A stretch of 64,000 bases of DNA from Micavibrio sp. (lineage in GTDB: Bacteria; Pseudomonadota; Alphaproteobacteria; Micavibrionales; UBA2020), in assembly GCA_028283745.1 (NCBI GenBank), contig JAPWJZ010000008.1, positions 435,290-499,289 of the forward strand, in the 5' to 3' direction. The position numbers were made by a program, and so were the translations under genes. This document shows, piece after piece, positions 29,678-40,255 of this stretch (position 1 is the stretch's first letter; each line of letters begins with the position of its first letter). Below the pieces are notes generated by a model. The model saw only the letters and a program-made list of their open reading frames with translations. It did no database searches and was not told the DNA's origin.

Positions 29678-30754
29678 TTAGCCGAACCGGCGTGGCTTTG
29701 GCGCGGCAACGGGGGCAGCGTGGTTAGCCGGCTGGTTGATCAACGGGTGGGCGGCCGGCGGCGCAAGGCGCGCACGCACCTGCGCCAGCAGGTCTGCCTT
29801 GTCCATTTCGCCATAGCGCAAATGCCATGGTTTGCCTTGGCCTTCGCCGGCGCGTTCCTGATACAGCAGGCCAATTTTATCGCCGCGGTCGATGGTATCG
29901 GGGTGGCCGTTTTCACCTGTGCCTTCGGGGTATACGGTCGGGTCAACCGGCGTGCCCATGGGCTTGAAGGGGCCGCCGGGGCTGCTGCCCGCAGCAAAGA
30001 AAACCCGCTGGCGCGTGCCACGGGCTGATGTGTCTTTATCAAGGAAGCAGACGCCGACCATTAAAAAAGCATCTTCCGCCAGCTGAATAACTTTCGCGCC
30101 CTCAAGCCCCCATTCGTAATGGGGGCTGCCGGGGCGGTTGTGGAAGGGAACATCCTCCTGCCGCAGGGCCAGGCGCGGTTGTTGCCATTCAACCGTGCCT
30201 TTTTCGCGCAGGCTGGTAAAAACATCGCCGCAGCCAACGAAAGGATTGGTAATGCCAATGTCGCGGTAGCCTGAAAATGTCATGCATTCAAAGCTTTTGC
30301 CGCCCAGGGTCATGTCGGATATTGCAACGTCGTAGAGCGTAATCACGGGCTCCGCTATATCTGCCCTGGTCAGCGCAGGCGCTGCGTCCCCCGTGAAATG
30401 GATGCCATCGTCGGACGTTGCAACGGCAATCATGCCATCCGCGCCAAAGCAGCTGGTCTGGATGTACATTTTATAAACCGCCTTGCCGTTCTCCACTGTG
30501 CGGATGACGGCGGGGGCGACAACTTCAGGCCCGTCGATGCCGGTGATGGTGACGGGCCCCAGCTCCTGCCACGGGCCTTCCGGCGTATCGGCATAAAAGC
30601 GGCCGACCACCCACGGCAGGTCACGCGAAATGCCGTTGCTGGCATAAAGGTAATAGCCGCCCTCCGGCGCTTCCACCACGCTGGGGTCCTTGATTTCAAA
30701 ATACTCATCCGCACTGGCATGACGGCGGCAAAATTCAACGCGTTCAGATTTCAT
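29678..30754 (-). CDS. beta-propeller glycoside-hydrolase-like protein (GH43/GH130-like fold, tentative)
   Basis: EYFEIKDPSVV and YYLYAS-type beta-propeller sequence features; 358 aa. Confidence 0.4.
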   Translation of the reverse strand: MKSERVEFCRRHASADEYFEIKDPSVVEAPEGGYYLYASNGISRDLPWVVGRFYADTPEGPWQELGPVTITGIDGPEVVAPAVIRTVENGKAVYKMYIQTSCFGADGMIAVATSDDGIHFTGDAAPALTRADIAEPVITLYDVAISDMTLGGKSFECMTFSGYRDIGITNPFVGCGDVFTSLREKGTVEWQQPRLALRQEDVPFHNRPGSPHYEWGLEGAKVIQLAEDAFLMVGVCFLDKDTSARGTRQRVFFAAGSSPGGPFKPMGTPVDPTVYPEGTGENGHPDTIDRGDKIGLLYQERAGEGQGKPWHLRYGEMDKADLLAQVRARLAPPAAHPLINQPANHAAPVAAPKPRRFG

Positions 30755-30988
30755 GAGACGTCCGGCTTATGACTGTTTATTTCTGGCTGTTTTAGGGGAT
30801 GCCGCGATTAAGCCCCAAAACTTTCAGCATGACAACCCGGCAAATGGCGCAACAAAATACGCGGATTATGCTTAAGCAAGGCTGTGGATTTTCAGAATGT
30901 CTAAACAACTGTTTGTTAACCGCTTTTGTCTACAGTCATATCATCCGTCCTCAATCCGGCAGGCGGTTTTTAAAGGCAGGTATTTTAT

Positions 30989-33013
30989 ATGGACACGATT
31001 TTATCGGCGCATTTTATCATCGGCCTTCTGTGCGTTGTGACGCTGCTGGTCGTGCTTGGCAAATTCCTCGTCAACGTCGGCTCGAAGGAGCTGGCAGTCA
31101 TGGAGCGGCAGTTTTTCGGCAAGCCTTTGCACCCCGGCAACGTTTTCGCGCTGCAGGGCGAAGTGGGGCTGAAGGCGCAATACCTGTCACCCGGCCTGCA
31201 TTTCGTCGTCTGGCCTATCATGCGCGTTGTCATGAAGCCGCAGTTCCTGACCATCGCGGCAGATGAACTTGGCATTGTCGAGGCGACGGACGGCGCGGCG
31301 CTGTCCTCCGGCCGTATTTTCGCGGATGACCCTGCCGGTGAAAGCCACAACAACTTTCAAGACCCCGTGCAGTTCCTGCGCAACGGCGGCATTCGCGGCA
31401 AGCAGCTGCGGTTCCTCACCAACGGGACGTTCAAAATTCACCCGTACCTTTTCAAGGTCACGAAAATCAAGAAAACCTTTATTCCCGAAGGCAGCATCGG
31501 CGTTGTCACGGCATCCGACGGCGCGACGCTGCAGGGGTTGCTCGCCAAAAGCGTCGGCGGGCATGACAACTTCCAGAAAGCTGAAACTTTCCTCAAGAAC
31601 GGCGGCCAGAAAGGCCCGCAGATCGACTTCCTGCGCCCCGGCAGCTACAACATCAATACTGAAATTTTCAAGGTCGAAGTGCGCGAAGCCGTGAAAATTG
31701 CCGAAAATGAAATCGGCGTCGTTGAAGCCCGCGACGGCGTGACGATGGAAAGCCGCGATGTTGTGGTGCCCACGCCCGAACATCACAACAACTTCCAGAA
31801 CGGCCAGGAGTTTCTTGATAACGGCGGCAAGCGCGGCCCGCAGGAAAGCATTCTGACCCCTGGCACTTATTACATCAATCCCTACCTGTTCTCGGTCTCG
31901 CGCCGCAAACAAATCATCATCAACCAGGGTGAAGTGGGGGTGTTGATTTCGAACATCGGGCAGGATCCGTCCGAATTCAAGGCGGATGCAACGGCCGAAG
32001 ATGCCTCCGACAATGAAGGCCGCATGCGCCACGTGGTGCCGAAAGGTTTCCGCGGCATTCAGCGCGAGGTTTTGGGCCCAGGCGCCTACAACATCAACCC
32101 GCTTGCGTATATCGTCATTGTCATCCCCACCGTCACGCGGTCGGTTGAATGGAGCGCGGAAGTCGCCAAGAACGGTTCCGCCAATTTCGACCCGTTCCAG
32201 GTCGTTTCGCACGACGGCTTCCCGATGCAGGTGGAAGTGCGCTGCCAATACCGCATTTTGCCGGAAAATGCGCCATATGTGGTGCAAAAAATCGGCTCCG
32301 TCGCGCAGCTGGAAAGCAACGTCATTCACCCGCAGATTGACGGTATCTTCAGGGCGCAGGTGGCGCGCTCCCCCGCCATCGCCTATCAGCAGAACCGCGC
32401 GGAAGAACAGAAAATGGCGGAAGAGGCCGTGCGCAGCGACCTGACCAAATACAGGGTCGACGTTGTTTCGGTCATGGTGACAAACATTCACCTGCCCGAA
32501 GCCCTGATGAAAACGACGCAGCAAAAAAACCTCGCCGAGCAGGAAAAGTCGATGTACGACGCCAAGCAGCAGGCTGAACAACGCCGCATCGAGTTCGAAA
32601 AAACCAAGACGGAAGCCGACGCGCAGGTGAAAATCATTACCGCCGAAGCCGGCATCAAGGTCGCGCAATACGAAGCCAAGCAGACGGAAGAACGCGCAAG
32701 GGGCGATGCCGCCCGCGTGCGCATGCTCGGCGAAGCGGATGCGTCCAAAACCCAGATGGTGGGGGACGCCGAAGCCAGCATCATTCAGGCAAAGGGTGAA
32801 GCGCAGGCCAAGGCGTATCGCGACCAGGTGGATGCGCTGACGGCGCAGGGCGTGACAACGGTGGAAGTAATGAAGGCCATTTCCGCCGCCGGCCTTAAAA
32901 TTACGCCGGATATTCAGGTTAATGGCAACGGCAGCGGCGCTGCCGGCAACGACAGCGGCGGGCTCGTTCAAGTCCTGCTCGGCCGCATGTTGCAGCAGGG
33001 CAAGGTCGCGTAA
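30989..33013 (+). CDS. flotillin-like SPFH-family membrane protein
   Basis: N-terminal TM helix. Three internal ~65-aa repeats (HNNFQ..FL.NGG.RG.Q). C-terminal Ala/Glu-rich coiled coil typical of the flotillin/YqiK family. Confidence 0.65.
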   Translation: MDTILSAHFIIGLLCVVTLLVVLGKFLVNVGSKELAVMERQFFGKPLHPGNVFALQGEVGLKAQYLSPGLHFVVWPIMRVVMKPQFLTIAADELGIVEATDGAALSSGRIFADDPAGESHNNFQDPVQFLRNGGIRGKQLRFLTNGTFKIHPYLFKVTKIKKTFIPEGSIGVVTASDGATLQGLLAKSVGGHDNFQKAETFLKNGGQKGPQIDFLRPGSYNINTEIFKVEVREAVKIAENEIGVVEARDGVTMESRDVVVPTPEHHNNFQNGQEFLDNGGKRGPQESILTPGTYYINPYLFSVSRRKQIIINQGEVGVLISNIGQDPSEFKADATAEDASDNEGRMRHVVPKGFRGIQREVLGPGAYNINPLAYIVIVIPTVTRSVEWSAEVAKNGSANFDPFQVVSHDGFPMQVEVRCQYRILPENAPYVVQKIGSVAQLESNVIHPQIDGIFRAQVARSPAIAYQQNRAEEQKMAEEAVRSDLTKYRVDVVSVMVTNIHLPEALMKTTQQKNLAEQEKSMYDAKQQAEQRRIEFEKTKTEADAQVKIITAEAGIKVAQYEAKQTEERARGDAARVRMLGEADASKTQMVGDAEASIIQAKGEAQAKAYRDQVDALTAQGVTTVEVMKAISAAGLKITPDIQVNGNGSGAAGNDSGGLVQVLLGRMLQQGKVA

Positions 33014-33055
33014 ACCTTATGATACGATACGGGGCAGCGCAAAGCGGCTGGCGGG

Positions 33056-33501
33056 TTATACCGCCGGCCGTTTTGGCATTTCGTTGATGCCGCAGTACTG
33101 CACCAGCATTTCGGCAAGGCGGCTCAGGTTTTCCTTCATGATGTAACCTGCGGCATTGGCGTTGTAGGCGCGCAGCATGTCTTCATCACGGCCGGATGTT
33201 GTCAGCATAAAGACGACGTTGTTCTGGTAGGCGGAATTCTGGCGGCGCAGCGTTTCCAGCAGTTGCAGGCCGTTCATGCGCGGCATGTTGATGTCGAGCA
33301 AGATAACGCAAGGGGCAAGGCTGCCGTCTGCCGCTGCATTTTCACCGGACAGCATTTCCATCGCCTCCACCCCGTCGCGTGCCCGGCGGATGGGGTTGAC
33401 GATTTGCGCCTTGCGCAGCGTGCGCATGACAGCTTCGGCGTCAATGTCGTCATCCTCGACCAGCAAGATCGGAATCTGCTCTTTTTGTTTGTCGGTCATT
33501 G
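33056..33501 (-). CDS. single-domain response regulator (CheY-like receiver)
   Basis: ILLVEDDDIDAE..LLDINMPRMNG..K. Start set at MTDKQKEQ. Confidence 0.8.
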
Positions 33502-33530
33502 CGCCCCCGCTACCAGTCCTTGGTGTTGGT

Positions 33531-34784
33531 TTATGCCGGTTTCTTAGGCCAGTTAAAAACGAATGCCGCGCCGCGGCTAGTGCCGGGCTCCACCCGGACC
33601 GTGCAACCGTGCGCCGCCAGTAATTTGCGCACAATGGGAAGGCCCATGCCGCTGCCTTCGATTTTATCGCGCGGCTTCAGCGTCTGGAACATCTCGAAAA
33701 TTTTTTCCCGGTAATCGGCGGCAACGCCGGGGCCGTCATCGGCAACCGTGAAGATGTAGGCGTTCGCCTCTTCGTGCGCGGTCACGGTAACGTTGCCGCT
33801 GGGCTTATCGTGGTGCTTGGCGGCGTTGTTGATGAGGTTTGAAAAAACCCGCTGCAGCGGCATGCGTGGCAGCTTCATCGTACGGAAGGCGGGGTCAATG
33901 CGCAGGCTGAACGCTTCCGGCAGGCTGACAAGGTTTTCAACTTCCTGCATCAGCGTTTCACCGTCCACCAGTTCGGGCGGCATGTGGCTCAGCTTGTTTT
34001 CAATGCGCGAATAATCAAGAATATCATCCAGCAGTCGCTCCATGCGGCGCACGCGGCCGCGCAGGGTCACAAGGTGGCTTTTGCTTTTGGCGGGCAGGCC
34101 GCCTTCAGCGTCCTCCTCCACCCACTGCGACAGGTTGTCGATGGCGCGAAGCGGTGACTTCAAGTCATGCGATGTCGCCCAGGCGAAGCTGGCAAGCTCC
34201 TCGTTTGACTCTTCAAGCGCTTTCACTTTTTGCTGCAGCTGCGTGTATAAGTCAACGTTGGCGAGCGCGACCGAGGTGGTATGCGCCAGCGCCTGCAAAA
34301 TAGAAACTTCCTCCGCCGTCGGCACATGGCGTTGTGCCCAGTAATTGCCGATTGCGCCCACGGGCGCTTCCTTGCGGATCGGCACCATGACAAGGCTTTT
34401 GACGAAGGTCGGGCGGTACGCATCAATCGGGATGCGCGGGTCGACGTAAATATCCTCGATGATCGCGGGCTGGCTGTTCAGCATCGTCCAGCCGGAAACG
34501 CAGGTATTGAGCGGGAAGCGCTGGCCCTTCCACAAGGGGGCAATGGCGTTTTCTTCCGCGTAAAAGCATTTGTCGTTGTCGCGCAGCACAAATGTTGCGC
34601 CATCTGCCCCGGTCAGATCACGTGCGGCGCGGCGCACAACGTCCATTACGGCATCAAGGTCACGGGCATGCGATAATTCCTGCACAACGCCCACAAGACG
34701 TTCCATGGCGCTGACGTACCAGTCAGAATAAGCCGACGCCGGTTTGACAAGCTTGATTTCTGCACTCATAGAAAATTCCCCCAT
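33531..34784 (-). CDS. GAF-domain sensor histidine kinase
   Basis: GAF region followed by the H-box SHDLKSPL and HATPase_c (DDGPGV..GSGMGL). Confidence 0.8.
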   Translation of the reverse strand: MGEFSMSAEIKLVKPASAYSDWYVSAMERLVGVVQELSHARDLDAVMDVVRRAARDLTGADGATFVLRDNDKCFYAEENAIAPLWKGQRFPLNTCVSGWTMLNSQPAIIEDIYVDPRIPIDAYRPTFVKSLVMVPIRKEAPVGAIGNYWAQRHVPTAEEVSILQALAHTTSVALANVDLYTQLQQKVKALEESNEELASFAWATSHDLKSPLRAIDNLSQWVEEDAEGGLPAKSKSHLVTLRGRVRRMERLLDDILDYSRIENKLSHMPPELVDGETLMQEVENLVSLPEAFSLRIDPAFRTMKLPRMPLQRVFSNLINNAAKHHDKPSGNVTVTAHEEANAYIFTVADDGPGVAADYREKIFEMFQTLKPRDKIEGSGMGLPIVRKLLAAHGCTVRVEPGTSRGAAFVFNWPKKPA

Positions 34785-34962
34785 AGGATTCCTATTTTAC
34801 GCCTATAAATATTAACACAACACTATTTCTGCAATATTGCAGCGCATCACAAGGGCTTAAAGCACATTATCGTGTGCGCGGGGCGCTTGCCCCTGCCGCG
34901 GCTTTGGGGTACATCTTCGGAAAGCTTTATTTACAATATATAATTCCTGCCGGAGTTCTCCC

Positions 34963-36228
34963 ATGCAACATGGCAATACAGGCCTTGCCGCGTCAGTCCG
35001 CAGCATCACCGCAGACCGCGCCACCGCTTTTACAATTCTTGTCGGTGCGCTCGGGTATTTTGTGGATGTGTTTGATTTGCTGTTGTTCAGCATTGTGCGC
35101 GTCAAAAGCCTGAAGGATTTGGGCGTGCCGGCTGAACGCATGTTCAGCGACGGCATTTTCCTCATCAACGTGCAAATGGCGGGGCTGCTGCTGGGCGGCT
35201 TTGCCTGGGGCGTGATTGGTGACAAGTACGGGCGGCTGTCGGTGTTGTTCGGTTCCATCCTGCTCTATTCCCTTGGCAATATTGCCAACGGTTTTGTGCA
35301 TACGGTTGACCAGTACGCGGCCTTGCGCTTTTTGACCGGCCTTGGCCTTGCGGGTGAACTGGGCGTGGGCGTGACGCTGGCATCAGAACTGCTGCCGCGC
35401 ACGGTGCGCGGGCTTGGCACCACCTTCATTGCAGCGGTCGGCGTGCTGGGCGCAACCGCTGCGGCCCTGCTGTCGGATGTTGCGGACTGGCGCACCGCTT
35501 ATATCATTGGCGGGGTTATGGGGCTGGTGCTGCTGGTGCTGCGCATTAACGTAAAGGAATCGGGCCTGTACCGCCATCTGGCGGAACAGCAGCGCAACGT
35601 GAAGCGCGGCAATATCCTTATGTTCTTCCGCAAGTGGGATTTGTTCCGTCGTTACCTTGCCATCACCTTTATCGGCGCGCCGCTATGGGCGCTGGTGGGC
35701 ATGTTTTTTACCTTCACGCCCGAATTCGCCAAAGACTTCGGCATGACCGATATGCCGACGGCGGGCAGTGCCGTGCTATATGGTTACGTCGGCATCGCCA
35801 TGGGCGATTTGCTGAGCGGAATCATGAGCCAGCTGCTGCGCAGCCGCCGCAAATCCATCATGATTTCGCTGTTAATGCTGACGTGCTTCGTTGTGCTGTT
35901 CTGCACGCTGCACCCCGGCAGCGCGCTTGCCTATTACGGGCTGTGCCTGTTGCTGGGCATTGCCGCCGGTTACTGGGCGATGTTCGTGCAGATCGGGGCG
36001 GAGCAATTCGGCACCAACCTGCGCGCCACTGCCGCCACCAGCGTGCCGAACGTGGCGCGGGGCCTGACCATTCCCATCACCGCCGCCTTTCAGGCGCTCA
36101 CGCCGCTGGTCGGGGTGACGCAAGGCGGGCTTATTGTCATGGGCATCGTCATCGCCCTTGCGTTTTTGGGTCTGCTGATGCTGCGCGAAACCTTTTCCGC
36201 CGACCTTGATTACGTCGAAATGCACTAA
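34963..36228 (+). CDS. MFS transporter
   Basis: 12 predicted TM helices; 421 aa. Confidence 0.8.
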   Translation: MQHGNTGLAASVRSITADRATAFTILVGALGYFVDVFDLLLFSIVRVKSLKDLGVPAERMFSDGIFLINVQMAGLLLGGFAWGVIGDKYGRLSVLFGSILLYSLGNIANGFVHTVDQYAALRFLTGLGLAGELGVGVTLASELLPRTVRGLGTTFIAAVGVLGATAAALLSDVADWRTAYIIGGVMGLVLLVLRINVKESGLYRHLAEQQRNVKRGNILMFFRKWDLFRRYLAITFIGAPLWALVGMFFTFTPEFAKDFGMTDMPTAGSAVLYGYVGIAMGDLLSGIMSQLLRSRRKSIMISLLMLTCFVVLFCTLHPGSALAYYGLCLLLGIAAGYWAMFVQIGAEQFGTNLRATAATSVPNVARGLTIPITAAFQALTPLVGVTQGGLIVMGIVIALAFLGLLMLRETFSADLDYVEMH

Positions 36229-36337
36229 GTGACGCAAGATTACAGGCTTATGCGAAATGGCGCGATTGCCTTGTAACCATTTGGGTGGCAGCGCGAAAGT
36301 GATAATATGCTTTAAACCTTATGCGGGAGTATTACCG

Positions 36338-36985
36338 ATGTCGCTTTCCCTTCGCTGCCTTCTTGCCCTTGCGCTCCTTACCGGTATTTTCGCCGCGCCA
36401 GCCATTGCCACGCCAGCCCTTGCCGCCGCTACGGCAGGGCAGGTGGACAGCATTACCGGCACAGTCACGCGCAGCCACAAAGACGGACAGGCGGCAGCGT
36501 TAAAAGCCGGTGACAGCGTCGATACCGGAGATGAAATTGTGACGGGTGCAAAATCCGGCGCGAAGGTCACGCTGGCGGATGGCACGGAAATCACGCTTGG
36601 CAGCGGTAACCGCTTTTTTGTCGATCGTTTTGCCGAAGACGGCGCCCCGCAGGGCAATACGGCATTGCGCATTCTGGGCGGCGCATTTTCCTACGTTGGC
36701 GGCAGCGTTGAAAAAGCGCCGCAATCCAGCGTCACCATCGGGCTTGATTTTGGCAGCATTGGCGTGCGCGGCACCACGCTGTATCGCGCCATGAAAGACG
36801 GCCAGTGCTGGATTTACCTGCAGCAGGGCAAGATTGATGTGTTCAACAAAGGCGGCCGCGTCACGCTGCAGCCGGGTGACGGCACGCGCATGAAGGCCAA
36901 AACAATCGGTCCCGCCGCGCCGCATGTCTGGACGCCTCAGGAAATCAACTGGATTAAATCGGCGGTTGACGCGTCCCAACAATAG
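36338..36985 (+). CDS. FecR-domain secreted protein
   Basis: Signal peptide MSLSLRCLLALALLTGIFAAPAIA. GDSVDTGDEIVTGAKSGAKVTLADGTEITLGSG is a FecR-like motif. No ECF sigma factor is adjacent. Confidence 0.5.
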   Translation: MSLSLRCLLALALLTGIFAAPAIATPALAAATAGQVDSITGTVTRSHKDGQAAALKAGDSVDTGDEIVTGAKSGAKVTLADGTEITLGSGNRFFVDRFAEDGAPQGNTALRILGGAFSYVGGSVEKAPQSSVTIGLDFGSIGVRGTTLYRAMKDGQCWIYLQQGKIDVFNKGGRVTLQPGDGTRMKAKTIGPAAPHVWTPQEINWIKSAVDASQQ

Positions 36986-37022
36986 GACGTATCGCGCCAA
37001 TAATTGCCGCAGGAGTAATGTT

Positions 37023-38627
37023 ATGATGCCCGCAGAAAAAAACGCCGCCTCAGGCCTTGTCATTACCGCGCCCGTGGTGGACGGGCAGCAAAGCATTTTA
37101 ACGCCGGCGGCGCTGGCGCTGCTGACGGATATTGAAACCCGCTTCGGCACCCGCCGCCGGCAGTTAATGGCCGACCGCACGGCCCTGCAAAAAAAGCTGG
37201 ACGCCGGCTGGACGCCCGACTTTGCGGCTGATACCGCCGATGTGCGTGCCGGTGACTGGCGCGTGCGCCCCGCGCCGGCGGATCTTGCCGACCGGCGCGT
37301 TGAAATAACCGGGCCGGTTGACCGCAAAATGATCATCAACGCGCTTAATTCCGGCGCATCCTGCTTCATGGCGGATTTTGAAGATTCCAATACACCCACG
37401 TGGTTCAACCAGATCAGCGGGCAGGCGAACCTGCGTGACGCGAATAACGGCAGCATCCATTTCGCCGATGCCGCCAGCGGCAAGGAATATAAGCTGAAGG
37501 ATAAAACCGCCGTCCTTATCGTGCGCCCGCGCGGGCTGCACATGGAAGAAAAGCATGTGGCGCTGGCAGGCCAGCCCCTTTCCGCCGGGTTCTTCGATTT
37601 TGCGCTGTACCTGCTGCATAACCATGCCGCGCTGGCAGCCAAAAATTCCGGCCCTTATTTTTACCTGCCGAAAATGGAAAGCTGGCAGGAAGCAAAATTG
37701 TGGAGCGATGTGATTTCGCATGCCGAAGACGCGCTGAAGCTGAAGCGCGGCACAGTGCGCGTAACGGTGTTGATTGAAACCATTATGGCCGCCTTCCAGA
37801 TGGATGAAATTTTACATGCCTTGAAAGACCATATCACCGGCCTTAACTGCGGGCGCTGGGATTATATTTTCAGCTTCATCAAAAAATTCTCCGCGCATGC
37901 CGGCCGCATTGTGCCAGACAGGGGCGACGTGACCATGACGGCGCACTTTTTGCGGAGTTACAGCCAGCTTCTCATCAAAACCTGCCACCGCCGCGGCGCG
38001 CATGCCATGGGCGGCATGGCAGCGCAAATTCCCATCCGCAACGACGATGCCGCCAACAAGGCCGCGATGGAAAAAGTCACCGCCGACAAAAAGCGCGAAG
38101 CGGGTGACGGCCACGACGGCACCTGGGTTGCGCACCCGGGGCTGGTGCCGCTGGCAAAAGAAATTTTTGATGCCGCCATGCCCGCCGCGAACCAGCTGGA
38201 TAAACTGCGCAGCGATGTAACGGTCACCGCCGCCGACCTGCTGGCGCTGCCGGAAGGTAAAATTACCGAAGAAGGCCTTCGCAAAAATATCAACGTTGGC
38301 CTGCTCTACCTGAAGGCCTGGCTTTCAGGCAACGGCTGCGTGCCGATTTATAATTTGATGGAAGATGCCGCCACCGCAGAAATTTCCCGCACCCAGCTGT
38401 GGCAATGGCGCAGGCATAAGGCGGTGCTGGCCGATGGCCGCATAATTGACGATGCGCTGATGCAGCAAATGCTGAACGAGGAAGCGGATAAGCTGAAGGC
38501 CGCAAGCAATGACAAGTCCCTGGCCGAAGCGACCAAGCTGTTCAACGGCCTTGTCATGGCGCCCGAGCTGGAGGACTTCATCACCACCCGCGCCTATGAC
38601 GCGGTTTTGAACGACGAAAAGGTATAA
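37023..38627 (+). CDS. aceB: malate synthase A
   Basis: VEITGPVDRKMIINALNSGA..FMADFEDSNTPTW signature. AGGAG RBS precedes the ATGATG start. Confidence 0.9.
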   Translation: MMPAEKNAASGLVITAPVVDGQQSILTPAALALLTDIETRFGTRRRQLMADRTALQKKLDAGWTPDFAADTADVRAGDWRVRPAPADLADRRVEITGPVDRKMIINALNSGASCFMADFEDSNTPTWFNQISGQANLRDANNGSIHFADAASGKEYKLKDKTAVLIVRPRGLHMEEKHVALAGQPLSAGFFDFALYLLHNHAALAAKNSGPYFYLPKMESWQEAKLWSDVISHAEDALKLKRGTVRVTVLIETIMAAFQMDEILHALKDHITGLNCGRWDYIFSFIKKFSAHAGRIVPDRGDVTMTAHFLRSYSQLLIKTCHRRGAHAMGGMAAQIPIRNDDAANKAAMEKVTADKKREAGDGHDGTWVAHPGLVPLAKEIFDAAMPAANQLDKLRSDVTVTAADLLALPEGKITEEGLRKNINVGLLYLKAWLSGNGCVPIYNLMEDAATAEISRTQLWQWRRHKAVLADGRIIDDALMQQMLNEEADKLKAASNDKSLAEATKLFNGLVMAPELEDFITTRAYDAVLNDEKV

Positions 38628-38630
38628 GGC

Positions 38631-39830
38631 ATGAGCGTTGATCTTGTCGCATGGCTGGGGCTGGCGCTGCGCTGGGCGCATATTATTACCGGCATTGCGT
38701 GGATCGGTTCATCCTTCTATTTCGTCTGGCTCGACAATAGCCTGAAGCCGCCCGCGCGCGCCGAAGATAAAGCGCAGGGCGTGGGCGGGGAATTGTGGGC
38801 CGTGCATGGCGGCGGCTTTTACAACAAAAAGAAATACCTGGTTGCACCCGGACATATGCCGGATGATTTGCACTGGTTTAAGTGGGAAGCCTATTTCACC
38901 TTCATCAGCGGCTTCCTGCTGCTGTGCCTTGTCTATTACTACGGCGCAAACCTGTTCCTGATTGATAATGCGAAAATGCACCTTGAGCCGTTACAGGCAA
39001 CGTTGGTCGGCCTTGGCTTCATTCTGGGTGGCTGGGTGTTTTACGATACGCTCTGCGGTTCATCCATCGGCGAAAAGCCGAAAACATTTGGTATTATCTG
39101 GTTCGGCGTATTAACGGCTTCGGCTTATGCACTGTCGCAAATTTTTACCGGGCGCGGCGCGTTTATTCACGTGGGGGCAATGGTTGGCACGGCCATGGCG
39201 CTGAACGTTTTTGCGGTAATCATTCCGAAACAAAAAATCGCCGTCGCCGCCCTGCTGCGCGGTGAAAAGCCGGACCCGCGGCTTGGCAAGGAAGCCAAAA
39301 AACGCTCTATGCACAATAACTACATGACGCTGCCCGTGTTGCTGATCATGATCAGCAACCACTACCCTGTGCTGTATAGCGGCGCGTATAGCTGGCTTGT
39401 GCTGGCGGGCTTGTGCGCTGCCGCCCTGCCGATCCGCCAGTTCTTTAACCTGAAGCACAAGGGCATCGTGAACTATGCCTATCCGGCGGCGGGGGTTGCG
39501 GGGTATATCGTGGTAATGCTGGCGGCATCCGGCGTTTTTTCAAGCGCTGCGCCAAAGGCTGCGAATACCGATAAAGTTTCCGCAACCGAGGTACGCCAGA
39601 TCATCCGCACGCATTGCAGCGCCTGCCACAGCGACACCCCAACCCACGCGGGTATTGAAGAAGCGCCGCAGGGCGTGATGTTTGATACCATGGCGCAAAT
39701 CAAGGCAAACGCGCCGCGCATTCGCCAGCAGGCGGTGGATGCGGAGGCGATGCCGCAGGGCAATGAAACCGGCATGACGGCGGAGGACCGCCGCAAGCTT
39801 GGCCTCGGGCTTGATCAGCTGCCGCGATAG
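38631..39830 (+). CDS. puuD: urate hydroxylase PuuD (membrane cytochrome c)
   Basis: Multi-TM N-terminal part plus C-terminal CSACH heme-binding motif. Genomic context with uraH, puuE, uraD, alc and allA. Confidence 0.8.
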   Translation: MSVDLVAWLGLALRWAHIITGIAWIGSSFYFVWLDNSLKPPARAEDKAQGVGGELWAVHGGGFYNKKKYLVAPGHMPDDLHWFKWEAYFTFISGFLLLCLVYYYGANLFLIDNAKMHLEPLQATLVGLGFILGGWVFYDTLCGSSIGEKPKTFGIIWFGVLTASAYALSQIFTGRGAFIHVGAMVGTAMALNVFAVIIPKQKIAVAALLRGEKPDPRLGKEAKKRSMHNNYMTLPVLLIMISNHYPVLYSGAYSWLVLAGLCAAALPIRQFFNLKHKGIVNYAYPAAGVAGYIVVMLAASGVFSSAAPKAANTDKVSATEVRQIIRTHCSACHSDTPTHAGIEEAPQGVMFDTMAQIKANAPRIRQQAVDAEAMPQGNETGMTAEDRRKLGLGLDQLPR

Positions 39831-40156
39831 GTGGAATAGCCGTAGGGGGAAACGAGCAGCGGCACGTGGTAGTGCGCGGCGGCATCGGAAATGCCGAAGC
39901 TGATGGTGATGACATCCAGAAACGGGGTCTTTGCCAGTGTCACGCCGGCTTTTTTAAAATATTTACCCGCCTCAAATTCCAGCCGGTAGGTGCCGGTTTT
40001 GAAGTTTTTGCCTTCCAGCAACGGCGCATCGCAGCGGCCATCGGCATTGGTTTTGGCGGTTAGAAGCAGCTTGTCGTTTTTGTACAGGCGCACAACCATG
40101 CCCTTGCCGGGCGCGCCATGGGCGGTATCGAGTACGTGAGTGGTGAGCTTGCCCAT
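39815..40156 (-). CDS. uraH: 5-hydroxyisourate hydrolase (transthyretin-like)
   Basis: [14 protein letters not shown] start and C-terminal YRGS signature; 113 aa. Confidence 0.9.
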   Translation of the reverse strand: MGKLTTHVLDTAHGAPGKGMVVRLYKNDKLLLTAKTNADGRCDAPLLEGKNFKTGTYRLEFEAGKYFKKAGVTLAKTPFLDVITISFGISDAAAHYHVPLLVSPYGYSTYRGS

Positions 40157-40255
40157 TTGTTTTAGCCTTATGAAAAAACCGATCTTGAAACTCTTTCATC
40201 AAGATACCTGTATTCGGGTTGAAAAAAAGAGCAAAATACAGCTTCCCTTTAAATC

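Noticed and set aside
30880-30915. Shared 10-mer TGTCTAAACA (also at ~59983) as a regulatory motif
   Set aside because: A single exact 10-mer shared twice in 128 kb of two-strand search space is compatible with chance (expected ~0.1). The flanks are only loosely similar.
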